The notes: a model not told the origin generated them from the sequence alone. 62,934 bases of DNA, filler included, from Thermodesulfobacteriota bacterium (GCA_036381125.1; 4 parts of 4 records of this genome joined end to end with filler, not necessarily neighbours in it); one strand, 5' to 3'; shown: positions 11,114-22,591, counted from the first letter of the whole stretch. A program made the numbers and translations.

Positions 11114-12784
11114 CTACTTCTCTCGCCTTCGCCGACCGGCGAGCCCCCAGACGAACCACCCCCCAGTCAGCGCCAACGCGATACCCGATGTCGCGGCGCC
11201 GGCCGTGCGGTCCCAGGTGCTGCCGAAGCGCAGCTCGACGACATGGCGGCCGGCCGGCAGGTCGAGCGTCATGGTCCCGTACTCGCCGGTCTCGATGGGC
11301 CAGGCGCGGCCGTCGACCGTCGCCCGCCACCCGGCGTAGTGAAACGTCGCCACGCGAAGCCGCGCCGGCTCCCCGGTCTCCAGCTCGATGACGCGCCGCT
11401 CGGGGTCCCAGGCGCGCACCGCGATCCGGCCGCCCGGCGTGACGAGCGCGCGCGGCAGGCGGGGGAACCCGGTTGCCGGTGCGGCGCGCGGCCGGTACTC
11501 GGCGGCGTCCTGGGCGCTGCCGACGTTGTCGGCGATGCGCGCCGCCCAGACCGGGTCGAGGAACGCCTTCGCCACGACGTCGCGGACGCCGACGGCGACG
11601 TTGGCCGCCAGGAGGGCCGCGGCGCCGGCGCCGAGGACGCGCGCCGGCCAGGACGCCCCCGGCGCGAACGTCCGCGCCGTCGCGCAGGCGACCAGGAGCG
11701 CCGCGAGCGGCGTCAGGACCACCGCGAGCCGCCAGGGGAACTGGATGGCCGGCAGGACCGGCAGCACGGTCCAGAGGCTGCGGCTCGCCCCGGTCATCAG
11801 GACGAAGACGGCGGCCGCGACGAGCGCGGCGGCGGCGACCGGCAGCCTCGCGCCGTCGGTCCGCCACGGCCGGCCGCCGCCAGGCCAGAGGGCGGCGAGC
11901 GCCGCCACGCCGGCGAGGGCGGCCGTCCAGCAGACGAGTCGGCTCACCTTGTGGTTGAAGGCGATCATCTGGCTCTCGTGCGGCATCCCCCTGGCGAAGA
12001 GCGTGTGGTTCTCGGGCTTCGCCACCCAGTCGAGCCACTCGAGCTGGACGAGGGGACGCTCGGCGTACGCGGGGACGAGGAAGACGCCCGCCAGGGCGAG
12101 GCCGAGGCCGAGCGCGATCCACCCCCGCGCCACGCCGCCGGGGCGGCCGTCGGCCCACACGACGGCGGCGGCCAGGAGGGGGCCCCAGACGACGAGCGTC
12201 GGCAGGTGCGTGAGCGCAAGCCCGGCCGTGCAGACGGCCAGCGCCGCCGCCGGCGGTCCGGCCTCGCGCCAGCTCTTGACCCGGGCGAGCCGGCGGATCG
12301 CGAGGAGCGCGAGGGGCGGCCAGACGAAGGCAACGTACTCCGCGATCGCGGCCCGCTCGTAGTAGTCGAGCAGGCGGTAGGGGAGGGCGACGAGCGCGAG
12401 CGCGCCGACGAGCGCGGCGCCCCGCGGCAGGCCGCCCCGGAGGTAGCGGTACGCGGCCGCGGCCGAAACCAGGCAGGCCAGCGCCGCGACGACGTCGAGC
12501 GCGCGCGGCGCACTGCCGGTGAGCCAGACGAAGGGCGCGGCCAGGTAGTAGACGAGCGGCGGGTAGAAGACGAACGTCGGGTTGCCGAGGCCGGCGTTCA
12601 CGTCGGGGAGCCAGCGCGGATAGGCGATGCCTGCGGCCAGGCTGTCGGCGAACTCCCGCACCCAGACCAGGTGCAGGCGGCTGTCGTGGCCGACCGGCGA
12701 CCCCTCGAGCGCCGCGGGCGCCATGAGCGCGGTCGTGACGGCGAGGAGCGCGAGCGCGGCGGCGGCCCGGGGAAGGTTCGGCAC
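11114..12784 (-). CDS. PTPS-related/YfhO-like polytopic membrane protein (GT-C glycosyltransferase-like)
   Basis: GHDSRLH, YPRWLPDVNAGLGNPTFVFYPPLVY, PYRLLDYYERAAIAE, IQFPWR, YAGWRATVDG; start uncertain. Confidence 0.8.
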   Translation of the reverse strand: MPNLPRAAAALALLAVTTALMAPAALEGSPVGHDSRLHLVWVREFADSLAAGIAYPRWLPDVNAGLGNPTFVFYPPLVYYLAAPFVWLTGSAPRALDVVAALACLVSAAAAYRYLRGGLPRGAALVGALALVALPYRLLDYYERAAIAEYVAFVWPPLALLAIRRLARVKSWREAGPPAAALAVCTAGLALTHLPTLVVWGPLLAAAVVWADGRPGGVARGWIALGLGLALAGVFLVPAYAERPLVQLEWLDWVAKPENHTLFARGMPHESQMIAFNHKVSRLVCWTAALAGVAALAALWPGGGRPWRTDGARLPVAAAALVAAAVFVLMTGASRSLWTVLPVLPAIQFPWRLAVVLTPLAALLVACATARTFAPGASWPARVLGAGAAALLAANVAVGVRDVVAKAFLDPVWAARIADNVGSAQDAAEYRPRAAPATGFPRLPRALVTPGGRIAVRAWDPERRVIELETGEPARLRVATFHYAGWRATVDGRAWPIETGEYGTMTLDLPAGRHVVELRFGSTWDRTAGAATSGIALALTGGWFVWGLAGRRRREK

Positions 12785-12888
12785 GGGCGGGATGGTACCG
12801 CGGCCCGGGACGGCGGCGGGCACGGGCTCCACGACCCGATCGCTCGCAGGCGCGTCGTCCGGCTGCCCGAGGAGCGGCCGGCCGAGGG

Positions 12889-12918
12889 TTGACGCGCGGG
12901 GAAGCCGGGCAGTAGTAT
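12889..12918 (+). promoter_or_regulatory. Sigma70 promoter of the Fe-S carrier gene
   Basis: TTGACG-18 nt-TAGTAT. Confidence 0.55.
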
Positions 12919-12953
12919 GCAGCGGGTTCGGTAGCGTAAGCCCGGAGGAGTGG

Positions 12954-13283
12954 ATGCTTACCGTGTCGCTCACGGCCAAGGCGGCCGAGAAGGTGAAGGA
13001 GTTCCTGGCCGAGCAGCAGAAGCCCACCTACGGCCTCAGGATGGCCGTGATCGGCGGCGGCTGCTCCGGCTTCCAGTACGACGTCGGCATCGAGGCGGAG
13101 CCGGCTCCGGATGACACGGTCGTCGAGAGCCACGGCATCAGGATCTTCGTCGATCCGCAGTCGGCGCAGTACCTGGCCGACACCGAGCTCGACTACGTCG
13201 AGACGCTGACCGGGAGCGGGTTCAAGTTCAACAACCCGAACGCCCGGAAGAGCTGCGGCTGCGGGTCGTCCTTCTCCGCCTGA
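12954..13283 (+). CDS. HesB/IscA/ErpA family A-type Fe-S carrier
   Basis: GGGCSGFQY, FKFNNPNARKSCGCGSSF; RBS GGAGGAG. Confidence 0.95.
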   Translation: MLTVSLTAKAAEKVKEFLAEQQKPTYGLRMAVIGGGCSGFQYDVGIEAEPAPDDTVVESHGIRIFVDPQSAQYLADTELDYVETLTGSGFKFNNPNARKSCGCGSSFSA

Positions 13284-13532
13284 GCGGGCGACCGCCAGGC
13301 CCGACCGGCGCGTGACCCACCGGGCCGCGCGCCGGAGACCTCCGACGACAATTTTCGTACACGGAATCGCAAGAAAGGTCAGTGCGCGGCCGTGTGCGCC
13401 GACACGCGCCGGCGCGGTCGGTCTCGGCGAGACGCGGGCCTGCGCGCCGCGCCGCACCGCGGCACGGCGCTTGCTTGTAGTCGGGACGACGCCTCGTATC
13501 GCCAACGGGTCCTCTGGGTGGGTGCCGCGTCC

Positions 13533-13661
13533 ATGAAGCAGATCTGGCTTGTCGTGGTGTTCGTCGTCGTGATGCTCCTCATCGGCTACGGCTGGCAGGG
13601 TGACCCGGTTACGGCCGGCGCCTCCGGAACCGCGTTGCCGGCGGGAGAAGCCCACCCGTAG
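13533..13661 (+). CDS. Possible 42-aa single-pass membrane or secreted peptide
   Basis: MKQIWLVVVFVVVMLLIGYGWQG: basic N-terminus plus hydrophobic helix; weak RBS. Confidence 0.4.
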   Translation: MKQIWLVVVFVVVMLLIGYGWQGDPVTAGASGTALPAGEAHP

Positions 13662-13962
13662 GGCGCGAGCCGGCCGACCCCTCCGGCCGGCACCCTCGAT
13701 CCCGACACCTCGCTCCGAACCCCCGGCACGGCCTGATGCGGCCGCACGGCTGCCGTGCGCTCGGGTTTGCGTACGGGACGGCGGTCGGCCGGCCGAGCAT
13801 CCCACCACTCCCCACCCTTCCCAGCAGGCAGAAAGTCCCAGGAAGATCCATGCGATAGCCGAATGGGCAACATTCCGCTTGCCTGCTCGAGCCGGGTGCA
13901 AACGAGCAGCCGCGGAACACCCGTTCAGCGCAGGAAGCTTCTGAAAAATCTCAGAAAGTTGC

Positions 13963-14027
13963 TTGACTTCCCCGCTTGCCGATCTGTATATTCCGGCCCA
14001 TTGAGTGGGATGAAGTGGGATGAAGTG
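13963..14027 (+). promoter_or_regulatory. dcw (mraZ) promoter with MraZ-box direct repeats
   Basis: TTGACT-18 nt-TATATT followed by 10-bp-period repeats GAGTGGGA-TGAAGTGGGA-TGAAGTG. Confidence 0.8.
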
Positions 14028-14079
14028 CTGTCTCACGTGACCTCCCTGAGCGGGTCGGCCGAGGGCGGGGATCGGGCGC

Positions 14080-14520
14080 GTGTTTCGGAGTCGCTACGAG
14101 CACACCATCGATGCGAAGGGTCGGCTCAGCGTGCCGGCCCGGTTCCGTGAGGTGCTCGCCGAGCGCTACGACGACCGCCTCGTCCTCACCAACTTCGACC
14201 GCTGCCTGGTCGCGTACCCGTACTCGGAGTGGCAGGCGATCGAGGAAAAGCTCGCGTCGCTCTCCATGGCGAGTCCCGAGGTCACGGCCTTCACCCGCTT
14301 CTTCATCTCTGGCGCGACCGAGTGCGAGATCGACAAGCTCGGCCGGATCCTCATCCCGCAGGTCCTCCGTGACTACGCCAGGCTCGAGAAGGACGTGGTG
14401 ATCGCCGGGCAGCTCAGGAAGTTCGAGATCTGGTCGAAGTCGCTCTGGGAGGAGGAGATGTCGAGCACCCGCGCGCAGCTCCAGGCGCTACGCGGAGCGG
14501 TGGCCCAGTTTGGCCTCTAG
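14080..14520 (+). CDS. mraZ: Division/cell wall cluster transcriptional repressor MraZ
   Basis: [33 protein letters not shown]. Confidence 0.96.
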   Translation: MFRSRYEHTIDAKGRLSVPARFREVLAERYDDRLVLTNFDRCLVAYPYSEWQAIEEKLASLSMASPEVTAFTRFFISGATECEIDKLGRILIPQVLRDYARLEKDVVIAGQLRKFEIWSKSLWEEEMSSTRAQLQALRGAVAQFGL

Positions 14521-14641
14521 GGATGCACGCACGTCAGGGGGCCCGGCCCGACCGTCGATCGTGGGGGCCGGGGCGCAGCCCCGGTGGAGCGGAGGTGCGG
14601 CCTTGCCGCGCCGGAGCGGACGTTGGCCGGGCGGGGATCTG

Positions 14642-15060
14642 ATGTTCCGCCACCAGCCGGTCCTGGCGGACGAGGTGGTGGCGGCCCTGGCCCCGGCGCC
14701 GGGCAAGCGGATCGTCGATGCGACGCTCGGCGGCGGCGGCCATGCCGAGCGGCTGCTCGAGGCGGGGGCGACCGTCATCGGCATCGACCGGGACGAGACC
14801 GCGGTCCGGGCCGCCGCGGCGCGGCTGGCCCGCTTCGGCGATCGGCTCCGGGTCGTGCAGGGCGCCTTCGGCGACCTGCCGGCGATCCTCGCCGGGCTCG
14901 GGGAGGGGCGGGTCGACGGGATCCTCGCGGACCTCGGCGTCTCCTCGCCCCAGCTCGACGAGCCGTCGCGCGGCTTCAGCTTCCAGGCTGACGGCCCTCT
15001 CGACATGCGCATGGACCGGCGCGACAGCGTGACGGCCGCCGACCTGGTGAACCACCTGCC
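14642..15060 (+). CDS. rsmH: 16S rRNA m4C1402 methyltransferase (3'-truncated by the gap)
   Basis: [39 protein letters not shown]. Confidence 0.95.
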
Positions 15061-15160
15061 NNNNNNNNNNNNNNNNNNNNNNNNNNNNNNNNNNNNNNNN
15101 NNNNTTAATTAATTAANNNNNNNNNNNNNNNNNNNNNNNNNNNNNNNNNNNNNNNNNNNN
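15061..15160. other. Artificial contig-join spacer
   Basis: N44-TTAATTAATTAA-N44 (stops in all six frames); unrelated truncated genes on both sides. Confidence 0.97.
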
Positions 15161-16172
15161 AAGGGGCCGAGCCGCTCGCGGACGAGCGGCACGTGGAAGT
15201 GGATGCGCCACTCTCGCGGCTCGCGATCCCCCTCGGCCGCGGCCAGCGCCTCCGGCAGGTCGAGGTAGCGGACGAGCCGGTCGCCGCGCCGCTCGACGAC
15301 CTGGTGGAGGTAGACGCCGTCGGCGAAGGGCCGGAGCGCCTCGATCGCCGCGCGGTCGTCGCCGCCGAGGCTCGCCTCGAGCCCGGCGCTGACCTGGACC
15401 TTCCCGATGCGGATCGCCGCCGCGGCGAGGGCGCCGAGCGCTTCGGCGGGCGGCTCGAACTCGACCGCCATGTGACAGGCGTCGAAGCAGACCGTGAGGT
15501 GGCGGCGCAGCGCCGTCTCGGCCTCGCCGCCCGCGAGCCCCGTGAGCGCCTCGAACCTGGCGCGTGCCGCCTTCGAGAAGAGCCGGCCCTCGAAGAAGGC
15601 GACCGTGTCGGCGACGGTCTCCATGACGCAGCAGGGCTCGGGCTCCAGGGCGAGCGCGATGGTCCGGCCGGTGCGCTCGCGGAGTCGGTGGAGGCCGGCC
15701 GCATGGCGGAGCATCCCGTCGGCCATCCGGCCGAGGTCCGCCGACGGCCGTCGGAACCCCCCGGGGACCGTGCTCACGGTGCCCTCGACGCCGTCGGGCA
15801 GCAGCCCGGCGAGGAGCAACGCGAGACGGTCGGTGTACGCCACCCGGGCGTCGTCGGCCCAGTCCGGCAGGTAGACCCCCTCCTTCACGCGCGTGCCGTG
15901 GAAGGCGCCGTAGGGGAAGCCGTTGATCGTGAAGACGTAGAGACCGTGCGCGTCGAGCCAGGTCCGGAGGCGGTCGACCGCACCGGGCGCGGCGAGCGTC
16001 TCGGCCGCGCGGGCGGACAGGCGAAGCCCGACGCCGAAGGGGCGGTCGGGCGCCACGCGTCCCTTCACGGCGACGACGTGGCGTTCGAGGTTCGCCCGGA
16101 CCTCGTCCCAGGACTCGCCGGCATGGATGTTGGTGCAGTACGTGAGGTGGGGACGACCCGGGGCGTCGAGCC

Positions 16173-16176
<4 letters not shown>
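15161..16176 (-). CDS. eboE: EboE, xylose-isomerase-like TIM barrel (3'-truncated)
   Basis: HLTYCTNIHAGESW, FGVGLRLS, FTINGFPYGAFHGTRVKEGVYLPDW, LEPEPCC, CFDACH, YLHQV, WRIHFHVP. Confidence 0.9.
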
Positions 16177-17420
<1,244 letters not shown>

Positions 17421-17427
17421 CCGAGAG

Positions 17428-17497
17428 ATTATACTCCAGCACAGGCGGCGGACCGTCCGACCGCATTGTTGACAGCCGTTCTAGCAGTCTATAGACT
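17428..17497. promoter_or_regulatory. Divergent promoters of the ebo locus with a 12-bp palindrome
   Basis: Minus-strand TATAAT at 17428-17433; plus-strand TTGACA(17469)-17 nt-TAGACT(17492); palindrome AGTCTATAGACT at 17486-17497. Confidence 0.7.
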
Positions 17498-17651
17498 CCG
17501 TTTTATTTCTCTCTGCGCCGGTGGCCGCGTGGCCGCCGGCGCGGGTCCGCGCCGCCTGATCGCGGGCACCCTCACGATGCTCGACGCCCTGCGCTCGTCC
17601 CGCCGTCACGTCGGAAGCGTTTCACGAACCACGCGTAACGGAGGTAACTGC

Positions 17652-18947
17652 ATGCGTCGCACGCTCTGGGCTGCAGCTCTCGCGGCGGCCAGCGTCGCGG
17701 GAGTCCTGGCGGTCGATCCGGTCTCGGCCGAGGTCGAGGTCCGGCTCGAGCCGGTCGCGGAAGGCCTGACGCACCCGCTCATCCTGGTGTCGTCCCCGGA
17801 CGGATCCAGGCGGCGGTTCATCGTCGAGCAGACCGGGCAGATCCGCGTCCTGATGCCGAACGGCCGCCTCCTCGACGAGCCGTTCCTCGACATCCGGCAC
17901 AAGCTCCCGACGCTCCTGTCGGACTTCGACGAGCGGGGCCTGCTCGGCCTCGCGTTCCATCCCGACTACCGGAACAACGGGAAGTTCTACGTCACCTACA
18001 GCACGCACCTGAACGGCAGGGGGGACCCCGGCAAGCAGCACTGGTGGTCGCACACGAACGTCGTGGCCGAGTACCGGGTCTCGAGGCAGAACCCGAACCG
18101 CGCCGACGAGCGTTCGGAGCGGATCCTCACGGCCATCGACTGGCCCCAGTTCAACCACAACGGCCACTGGATCGGTTTCGGCCCCGACGGGATGCTCTAC
18201 ATCTCGACCGGTGACGGCGGCTACGCGAACGACTGGGGCATCGGCCACAACGTCACCACGGGGAACGGGCAGGACCTGAACGACCTCCACGGCAAGATCC
18301 TGCGCATCGACGTGAACGCGGGGGAGCCGTACGGCATCCCGCCGGACAACCCGTTCGTCGGCCGCAGCGACGCCAGGCCCGAGATCTGGGCGTACGGCTT
18401 CCGGAACCCCTGGCGCTGCTCCTTCGACATGGGCGGGGCCCGCGAACTCTTCTGTGCCGACGTCGGGCAGAACAGCTACGAGGAGGTGAACATCGTCCCG
18501 AAGGGCGGCAACCTCGGCTGGCGGGTCAAGGAGGCGACCCACTGCTTCGACTACGTGAACCCGAACACCCACCCGGCGCAGTGCGAGTCGCAGGGAATGG
18601 TCGACCCGATCATCGAGTACAGGAACTGCAACGTGTTCCAGGACTGCAAGGGGATCTCGGTCACCGGCGGCTACGTCTACCGCGGCGCCAACCAGGCGCT
18701 CGCCGGGCGGTACATCTTCGGCGACTGGAGCAAGACCTTCCCGGTCAGGAACGGCAGCCTCTACGTGGCGACGAAGAACGGCGACCGCTGGGTCATGGAG
18801 GACGTGAAGGTCGCCAACATGCCGGACTTCAACTCGTACGTCCTCGGCTTCGGGCAGGACGCCGACGGCGAGGTGTACGTGATGGCGACCGACATCACCG
18901 GCCCGACCGGCAAGATGGACAAGGTCTATCGAATCGTGGCACCGTAA
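17652..18947 (+). CDS. Secreted glucose/sorbosone (PQQ-type) beta-propeller dehydrogenase family protein
   Basis: Sec signal, ERGLLGLAFHPDY, NHNG...FGPDGMLYISTGDGG, GKILRIDV, IPPDNPF, EIWAYGFRNPWR, SVTGGYVYRG. Confidence 0.92.
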   Translation: MRRTLWAAALAAASVAGVLAVDPVSAEVEVRLEPVAEGLTHPLILVSSPDGSRRRFIVEQTGQIRVLMPNGRLLDEPFLDIRHKLPTLLSDFDERGLLGLAFHPDYRNNGKFYVTYSTHLNGRGDPGKQHWWSHTNVVAEYRVSRQNPNRADERSERILTAIDWPQFNHNGHWIGFGPDGMLYISTGDGGYANDWGIGHNVTTGNGQDLNDLHGKILRIDVNAGEPYGIPPDNPFVGRSDARPEIWAYGFRNPWRCSFDMGGARELFCADVGQNSYEEVNIVPKGGNLGWRVKEATHCFDYVNPNTHPAQCESQGMVDPIIEYRNCNVFQDCKGISVTGGYVYRGANQALAGRYIFGDWSKTFPVRNGSLYVATKNGDRWVMEDVKVANMPDFNSYVLGFGQDADGEVYVMATDITGPTGKMDKVYRIVAP

Positions 18948-19093
18948 GCTGCGGGAGGGGCCCCGACGCGGCCGCCCGGCCGAGCGCCCGGCGGCCGCGT
19001 CAGGCTGTAGCCAGGTCACAGGCTCCGGCGGCCGATCCGAGCGGTCGGTCGCCGGAGCGACGTCCGCCGGCCACCACGTACTCCGGAGGGCCC

Positions 19094-19456
19094 GTGCTCC
19101 GTCTCCCCATGCGCGAGGCAGCCGCCGCCGCGGCGCTGGTCCTCGGCCTCTCGGCGGCGGTGCCCATCGGGCTCGGCGCCGCCGAGCCGGTCACCTTCAC
19201 GAGCGAGTACCTGAACGACCCGGCGAACGTCGAGCTGGGCCGCAAGCTCTGGGGCACCCGCTGCACCTTCTGCCACGGCCGGATGGCCTACCCCGGCAAG
19301 GCGCCCAAGCTCGACCCGTCGCGCTACACGCCGGAGTTCGTCTACGACCGGGTGACCAACGGCTTCCGCGGGATGCCGTCGTGGAAGCACGAGTTCGACG
19401 AGGCCGAGCGCAAGGCGATCGTCGCCTACGTCATGAGCCCGGACTTCTCGAACTAG
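19094..19456 (+). CDS. Secreted monoheme c-type cytochrome
   Basis: Signal peptide, CTFCH, axial Met in NGFRGMPSW; alternative start at 19109. Confidence 0.9.
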   Translation: MLRLPMREAAAAAALVLGLSAAVPIGLGAAEPVTFTSEYLNDPANVELGRKLWGTRCTFCHGRMAYPGKAPKLDPSRYTPEFVYDRVTNGFRGMPSWKHEFDEAERKAIVAYVMSPDFSN

Positions 19457-19469
19457 CGGGGACCGGACC

Positions 19470-20204
19470 GTGCCGAGTCCGATTGCCGCCTGTCTGCTCG
19501 CCCTCGCCGGGCGGCGCGCCGCCCGGGCCGGCCGCGACTGGCTCGCGGCGGCGGCCGACCCGGCGCGCGGCGCCGCCGACCGTTCGGCGTTCCTCGCGGC
19601 CTTCGCGATCGCCGCCCGTCGCCTCGGCACGGCCCCCCTCGCGCCTGCGGCGGCCGAGGTCGCGGACCTCGCGGCGGCCGGCGTCGACTGGCCGCTCGCC
19701 GCCTGGCGGGTCGACGAGGCCGGCCGGGCCGCGCTCCTCGCGCTCGCCGGCGACCGGCTCGCGGAGGCGGAGCACCTGGCCCTCGTGGAGGAGGCCTACC
19801 GCCACGGGGACACGCGGGAGCGGCAGGCGGTGCTGCGGGCGCTCCCGCTGCTCGACCGGCCGGCCCGCTTCGTCCCCCTCGGGGTCGACGCCTGCCGGAG
19901 TCACGTCCAGCCGGTCTTCGAGGCGATCGCCTGCGAGAACCCGTTTCCGGTGAGGCACTTCCCGGACCTCCACTGGAACCAGATGGTGCTGAAGGCGCTC
20001 TTCACGGAGGTCCCGCTCGACCGCGTGTTCGGGCTCGCGAGCCGCCGCTCGCCGGAGCTGGCTCGCATGGCGGCCGACTACGCGCGCGAGCGCCGGCTGG
20101 CCGGGCGGAGCGTCCCGGCCGACGTCGAGCGCCTCACCGGTGGGGTGGGGACTCGAAGTCCTTCCACGCCGCCCAGGGACGCCGCGAACGAAGCCGAGGC
20201 CTGA
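19470..20204 (+). CDS. eboA: EboA domain protein
   Basis: WRVDEAGR, GDTRERQAVLRALP, DACRSH...FEAIACENPFP...WNQMVLKALF, ERRLAGRSVP. Confidence 0.88.
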   Translation: MPSPIAACLLALAGRRAARAGRDWLAAAADPARGAADRSAFLAAFAIAARRLGTAPLAPAAAEVADLAAAGVDWPLAAWRVDEAGRAALLALAGDRLAEAEHLALVEEAYRHGDTRERQAVLRALPLLDRPARFVPLGVDACRSHVQPVFEAIACENPFPVRHFPDLHWNQMVLKALFTEVPLDRVFGLASRRSPELARMAADYARERRLAGRSVPADVERLTGGVGTRSPSTPPRDAANEAEA

Positions 20205-20249
20205 CCGCGGTTGGAAAGGCCTGACCTCAACAAGCAGTGGGAGCTGTCG

Positions 20250-21134
20250 ATGCCGATCTTCGACCCGCACATCCACATGACGTCGCGGACGACCGCGGAC
20301 TACGAGGCGATGGCCGCGGCCGGCGTCGCGGCGGTGCTCGAGCCCGCCTTCTGGCTGGGGCAGCCCCGCACGCACGTGGGGACGTTCGAGGACTACTTCA
20401 ACACGCTGCTCGGCTGGGAGCCGTTCCGGGCCAGCCAGTTCGGCATCCGGCACGTCTGCGCCCTGTCGCTCAACCCGAAGGAGGCCAACGACCCGCGCGT
20501 CGCCGAGGGGGTGATCGACCTCCTGCCGCGCTACCTGGTGAAGGACGGCGTCGTGGCGGTGGGGGAGGTCGGCTTCGACGACCAGACGGCGGCCGAGGAG
20601 CGGTGGTTCCGGCGACAGCTCGAGCTGGCGCTCGAGTTCGAGCTGCCGGTCCTCGTCCACACGCCGCACCGCGACAAGCGGCGCGGCACGGAACGGAGCC
20701 TCGCCATCGTGCGGGAGATGGGCGTCCCGAGCGAGCGCGTGCTCGTCGACCACAACACCGAGGAGACGCTCCCCCTCGTCCTCGACGCCGGGTGCTGGGC
20801 CGGCCACTCCATCTACCCGCACACCAAGATGGACGAGCGCCGCATGGTGGCGCTCGTCCAGCGCTACGGCCCCTCGCGGATCCTCGTCAACAGCGCCGCC
20901 GACTGGGGCGTGAGCGACCCGCTCAAGGTGCCCAGGACGGTCGCCGCCATGCGGGAGGCGGGGATCGCCGAGCGCGACATCGAGACGATCGTCTGGCTGA
21001 ACCCGGTCGAGTTCTTCGGCCAGAGCGGCAAGCTCGACCTCGCCGGCGCCGCGGCCCGGCCGCTCGTCGACCAGCGGCGGCTCTTCGAGGGCAACTCGGT
21101 CCTGCGCGGTCAGGCGCCGCTCGTCGAGACGTGA
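20250..21134 (+). CDS. eboB: EboB, TatD-family metallohydrolase
   Basis: DPHIHMTSRTT, EPAFWLGQPRT, LNPKEAN, VHTPHRDK, DHNTEET, NSAADWGVSDPL. Confidence 0.9.
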   Translation: MPIFDPHIHMTSRTTADYEAMAAAGVAAVLEPAFWLGQPRTHVGTFEDYFNTLLGWEPFRASQFGIRHVCALSLNPKEANDPRVAEGVIDLLPRYLVKDGVVAVGEVGFDDQTAAEERWFRRQLELALEFELPVLVHTPHRDKRRGTERSLAIVREMGVPSERVLVDHNTEETLPLVLDAGCWAGHSIYPHTKMDERRMVALVQRYGPSRILVNSAADWGVSDPLKVPRTVAAMREAGIAERDIETIVWLNPVEFFGQSGKLDLAGAAARPLVDQRRLFEGNSVLRGQAPLVET

Positions 21135-22564
21135 ACCGCGTCGTCGTCCTGAACGTCGTCGGTCTCACGCCCGACCTGATCGGCGAGGCGACGCCGAACC
21201 TCGCGGCGCTCGCGCGCGCCGGGGCGATGCGGCCGATCGCCGCCGTCACCCCGGCCGTCACCTGTCCCGTCCAGTCCACGTACCTGACCGGCCTTGCGCC
21301 GCGGGAGCACGGCATCGTGGGCAACGGCTGGTACTTCCGCGACCTCTCGGAGGTCTGGTTCTGGCGGCAGTCGAACAGGCTCGTCGCCGGCGAGAAGCTC
21401 TGGGAGGCGGCGAAGCGGCGCGATCCGGCCTTCACCTGCGCCGTCCTCTTCTGGTGGTACAACATGTACTCGACCGCGGACGTGACCGTCACGCCGCGGC
21501 CGATGTACCCGGCCGACGGGCGCAAGATTCCGGACATCTACACGCAGCCGGCCGGCCTCCGGTCGGAGCTCACGGCGAAGCTCGGGACCTTCCCGCTCTT
21601 CGACTTCTGGGGCCCCGCGGCCGGCATCGCCTCGAGCCGGTGGATCGCGGCCTCGGCGCGCCACGTCTACGACACGCGGCGCCCGACGCTCACGCTGGTC
21701 TACCTGCCGCACCTCGACTACGACCTGCAGCGGCTCGGGCCGCGCGCCCCCGGGATCCGCAAGGCGCTCGGGGAGATCGACGCGGTGTGCGGCGAGCTGA
21801 TCGAGCACGTGCAGCGCGACGGCGCACGCGTGGTGGTGCTGTCGGAGTACGGCATCACCGAGGTCGAAGGCCCCGTGCACGTCAACCGGGTGCTCCGCGA
21901 GGCCGGGCTCGTCGCGGTGCGCGAGGAGCTGGGGCGCGAGCTGCTCGACCCCGGGGCCAGCGAGGCGTTCGCCGTGGCCGATCACCAGGTGGCCCACGTG
22001 TACGTGCGGCGACCCGAGCGGGTGCGCGAGGTCGCGCGGCTGCTCGAGGGGGTCGCGGGCGTCGAGGCGGTGCTCGACGAGGCGGGCAAGCGCGCATGCG
22101 GCCTCGACCATCCGCGCGCCGGCGACCTCGTCGTCCTCTCCCGCGCCGACCGGTGGTTCACCTATTACTACTGGCTCGACGACGCCCGGGCGCCCGACTT
22201 CGCCCGCACGGTGGACATCCACCGCAAGCCGGGTTACGATCCGGTCGAGCTGTTCCTCGACCCGGCGCTCAGGGCGCCGAAGGTCAAGATCGCGCTGACC
22301 CTCCTCAAGAAGCAGCTCGGCTTTCGCTATCTCATGGACGTGGTCCCGCTCGACGCCGGCCTGGTGCGCGGCTCGCACGGGCGGGTCACCGATCGTGCCG
22401 AGGCCGGTCCGCTCTTCCTCGCGAGCGAGCCGACCGAGCCGGCGGCGGCCGGGCCCCTGTCGGCGGCCGCCGTGAAGACCCGCCTGCTCGAGGCGGTCTT
22501 CGGGCGGTGGCCCGAGGCGGATGCGTCGGCTACAATACCGAGTTCCGTGGGCGCGCCTGCGTGA
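21131..22564 (+). CDS. eboF: EboF, alkaline phosphatase/nucleotide pyrophosphatase family
   Basis: LNVVGLT, PAVTCPVQST, HGIVGNGWY, FWWYNMY, YLPHLDY, DHQVAH, DIHRKPGYDPVELF, GSHG; GTGA overlap with eboB. Confidence 0.9.
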   Translation: MNRVVVLNVVGLTPDLIGEATPNLAALARAGAMRPIAAVTPAVTCPVQSTYLTGLAPREHGIVGNGWYFRDLSEVWFWRQSNRLVAGEKLWEAAKRRDPAFTCAVLFWWYNMYSTADVTVTPRPMYPADGRKIPDIYTQPAGLRSELTAKLGTFPLFDFWGPAAGIASSRWIAASARHVYDTRRPTLTLVYLPHLDYDLQRLGPRAPGIRKALGEIDAVCGELIEHVQRDGARVVVLSEYGITEVEGPVHVNRVLREAGLVAVREELGRELLDPGASEAFAVADHQVAHVYVRRPERVREVARLLEGVAGVEAVLDEAGKRACGLDHPRAGDLVVLSRADRWFTYYYWLDDARAPDFARTVDIHRKPGYDPVELFLDPALRAPKVKIALTLLKKQLGFRYLMDVVPLDAGLVRGSHGRVTDRAEAGPLFLASEPTEPAAAGPLSAAAVKTRLLEAVFGRWPEADASATIPSSVGAPA

Positions 22565-22591
22565 GGAGGGCTCGCCCCCTGGGAGGCACCG

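Noticed and set aside
15105-15116. TTAATTAATTAA inside N runs (also at 34532-34543 and 52967-52978) as a biological repeat or att site
   Set aside because: Identical 100-nt format each time, stops in all six frames, and unrelated truncated genes on both sides: an artificial contig linker
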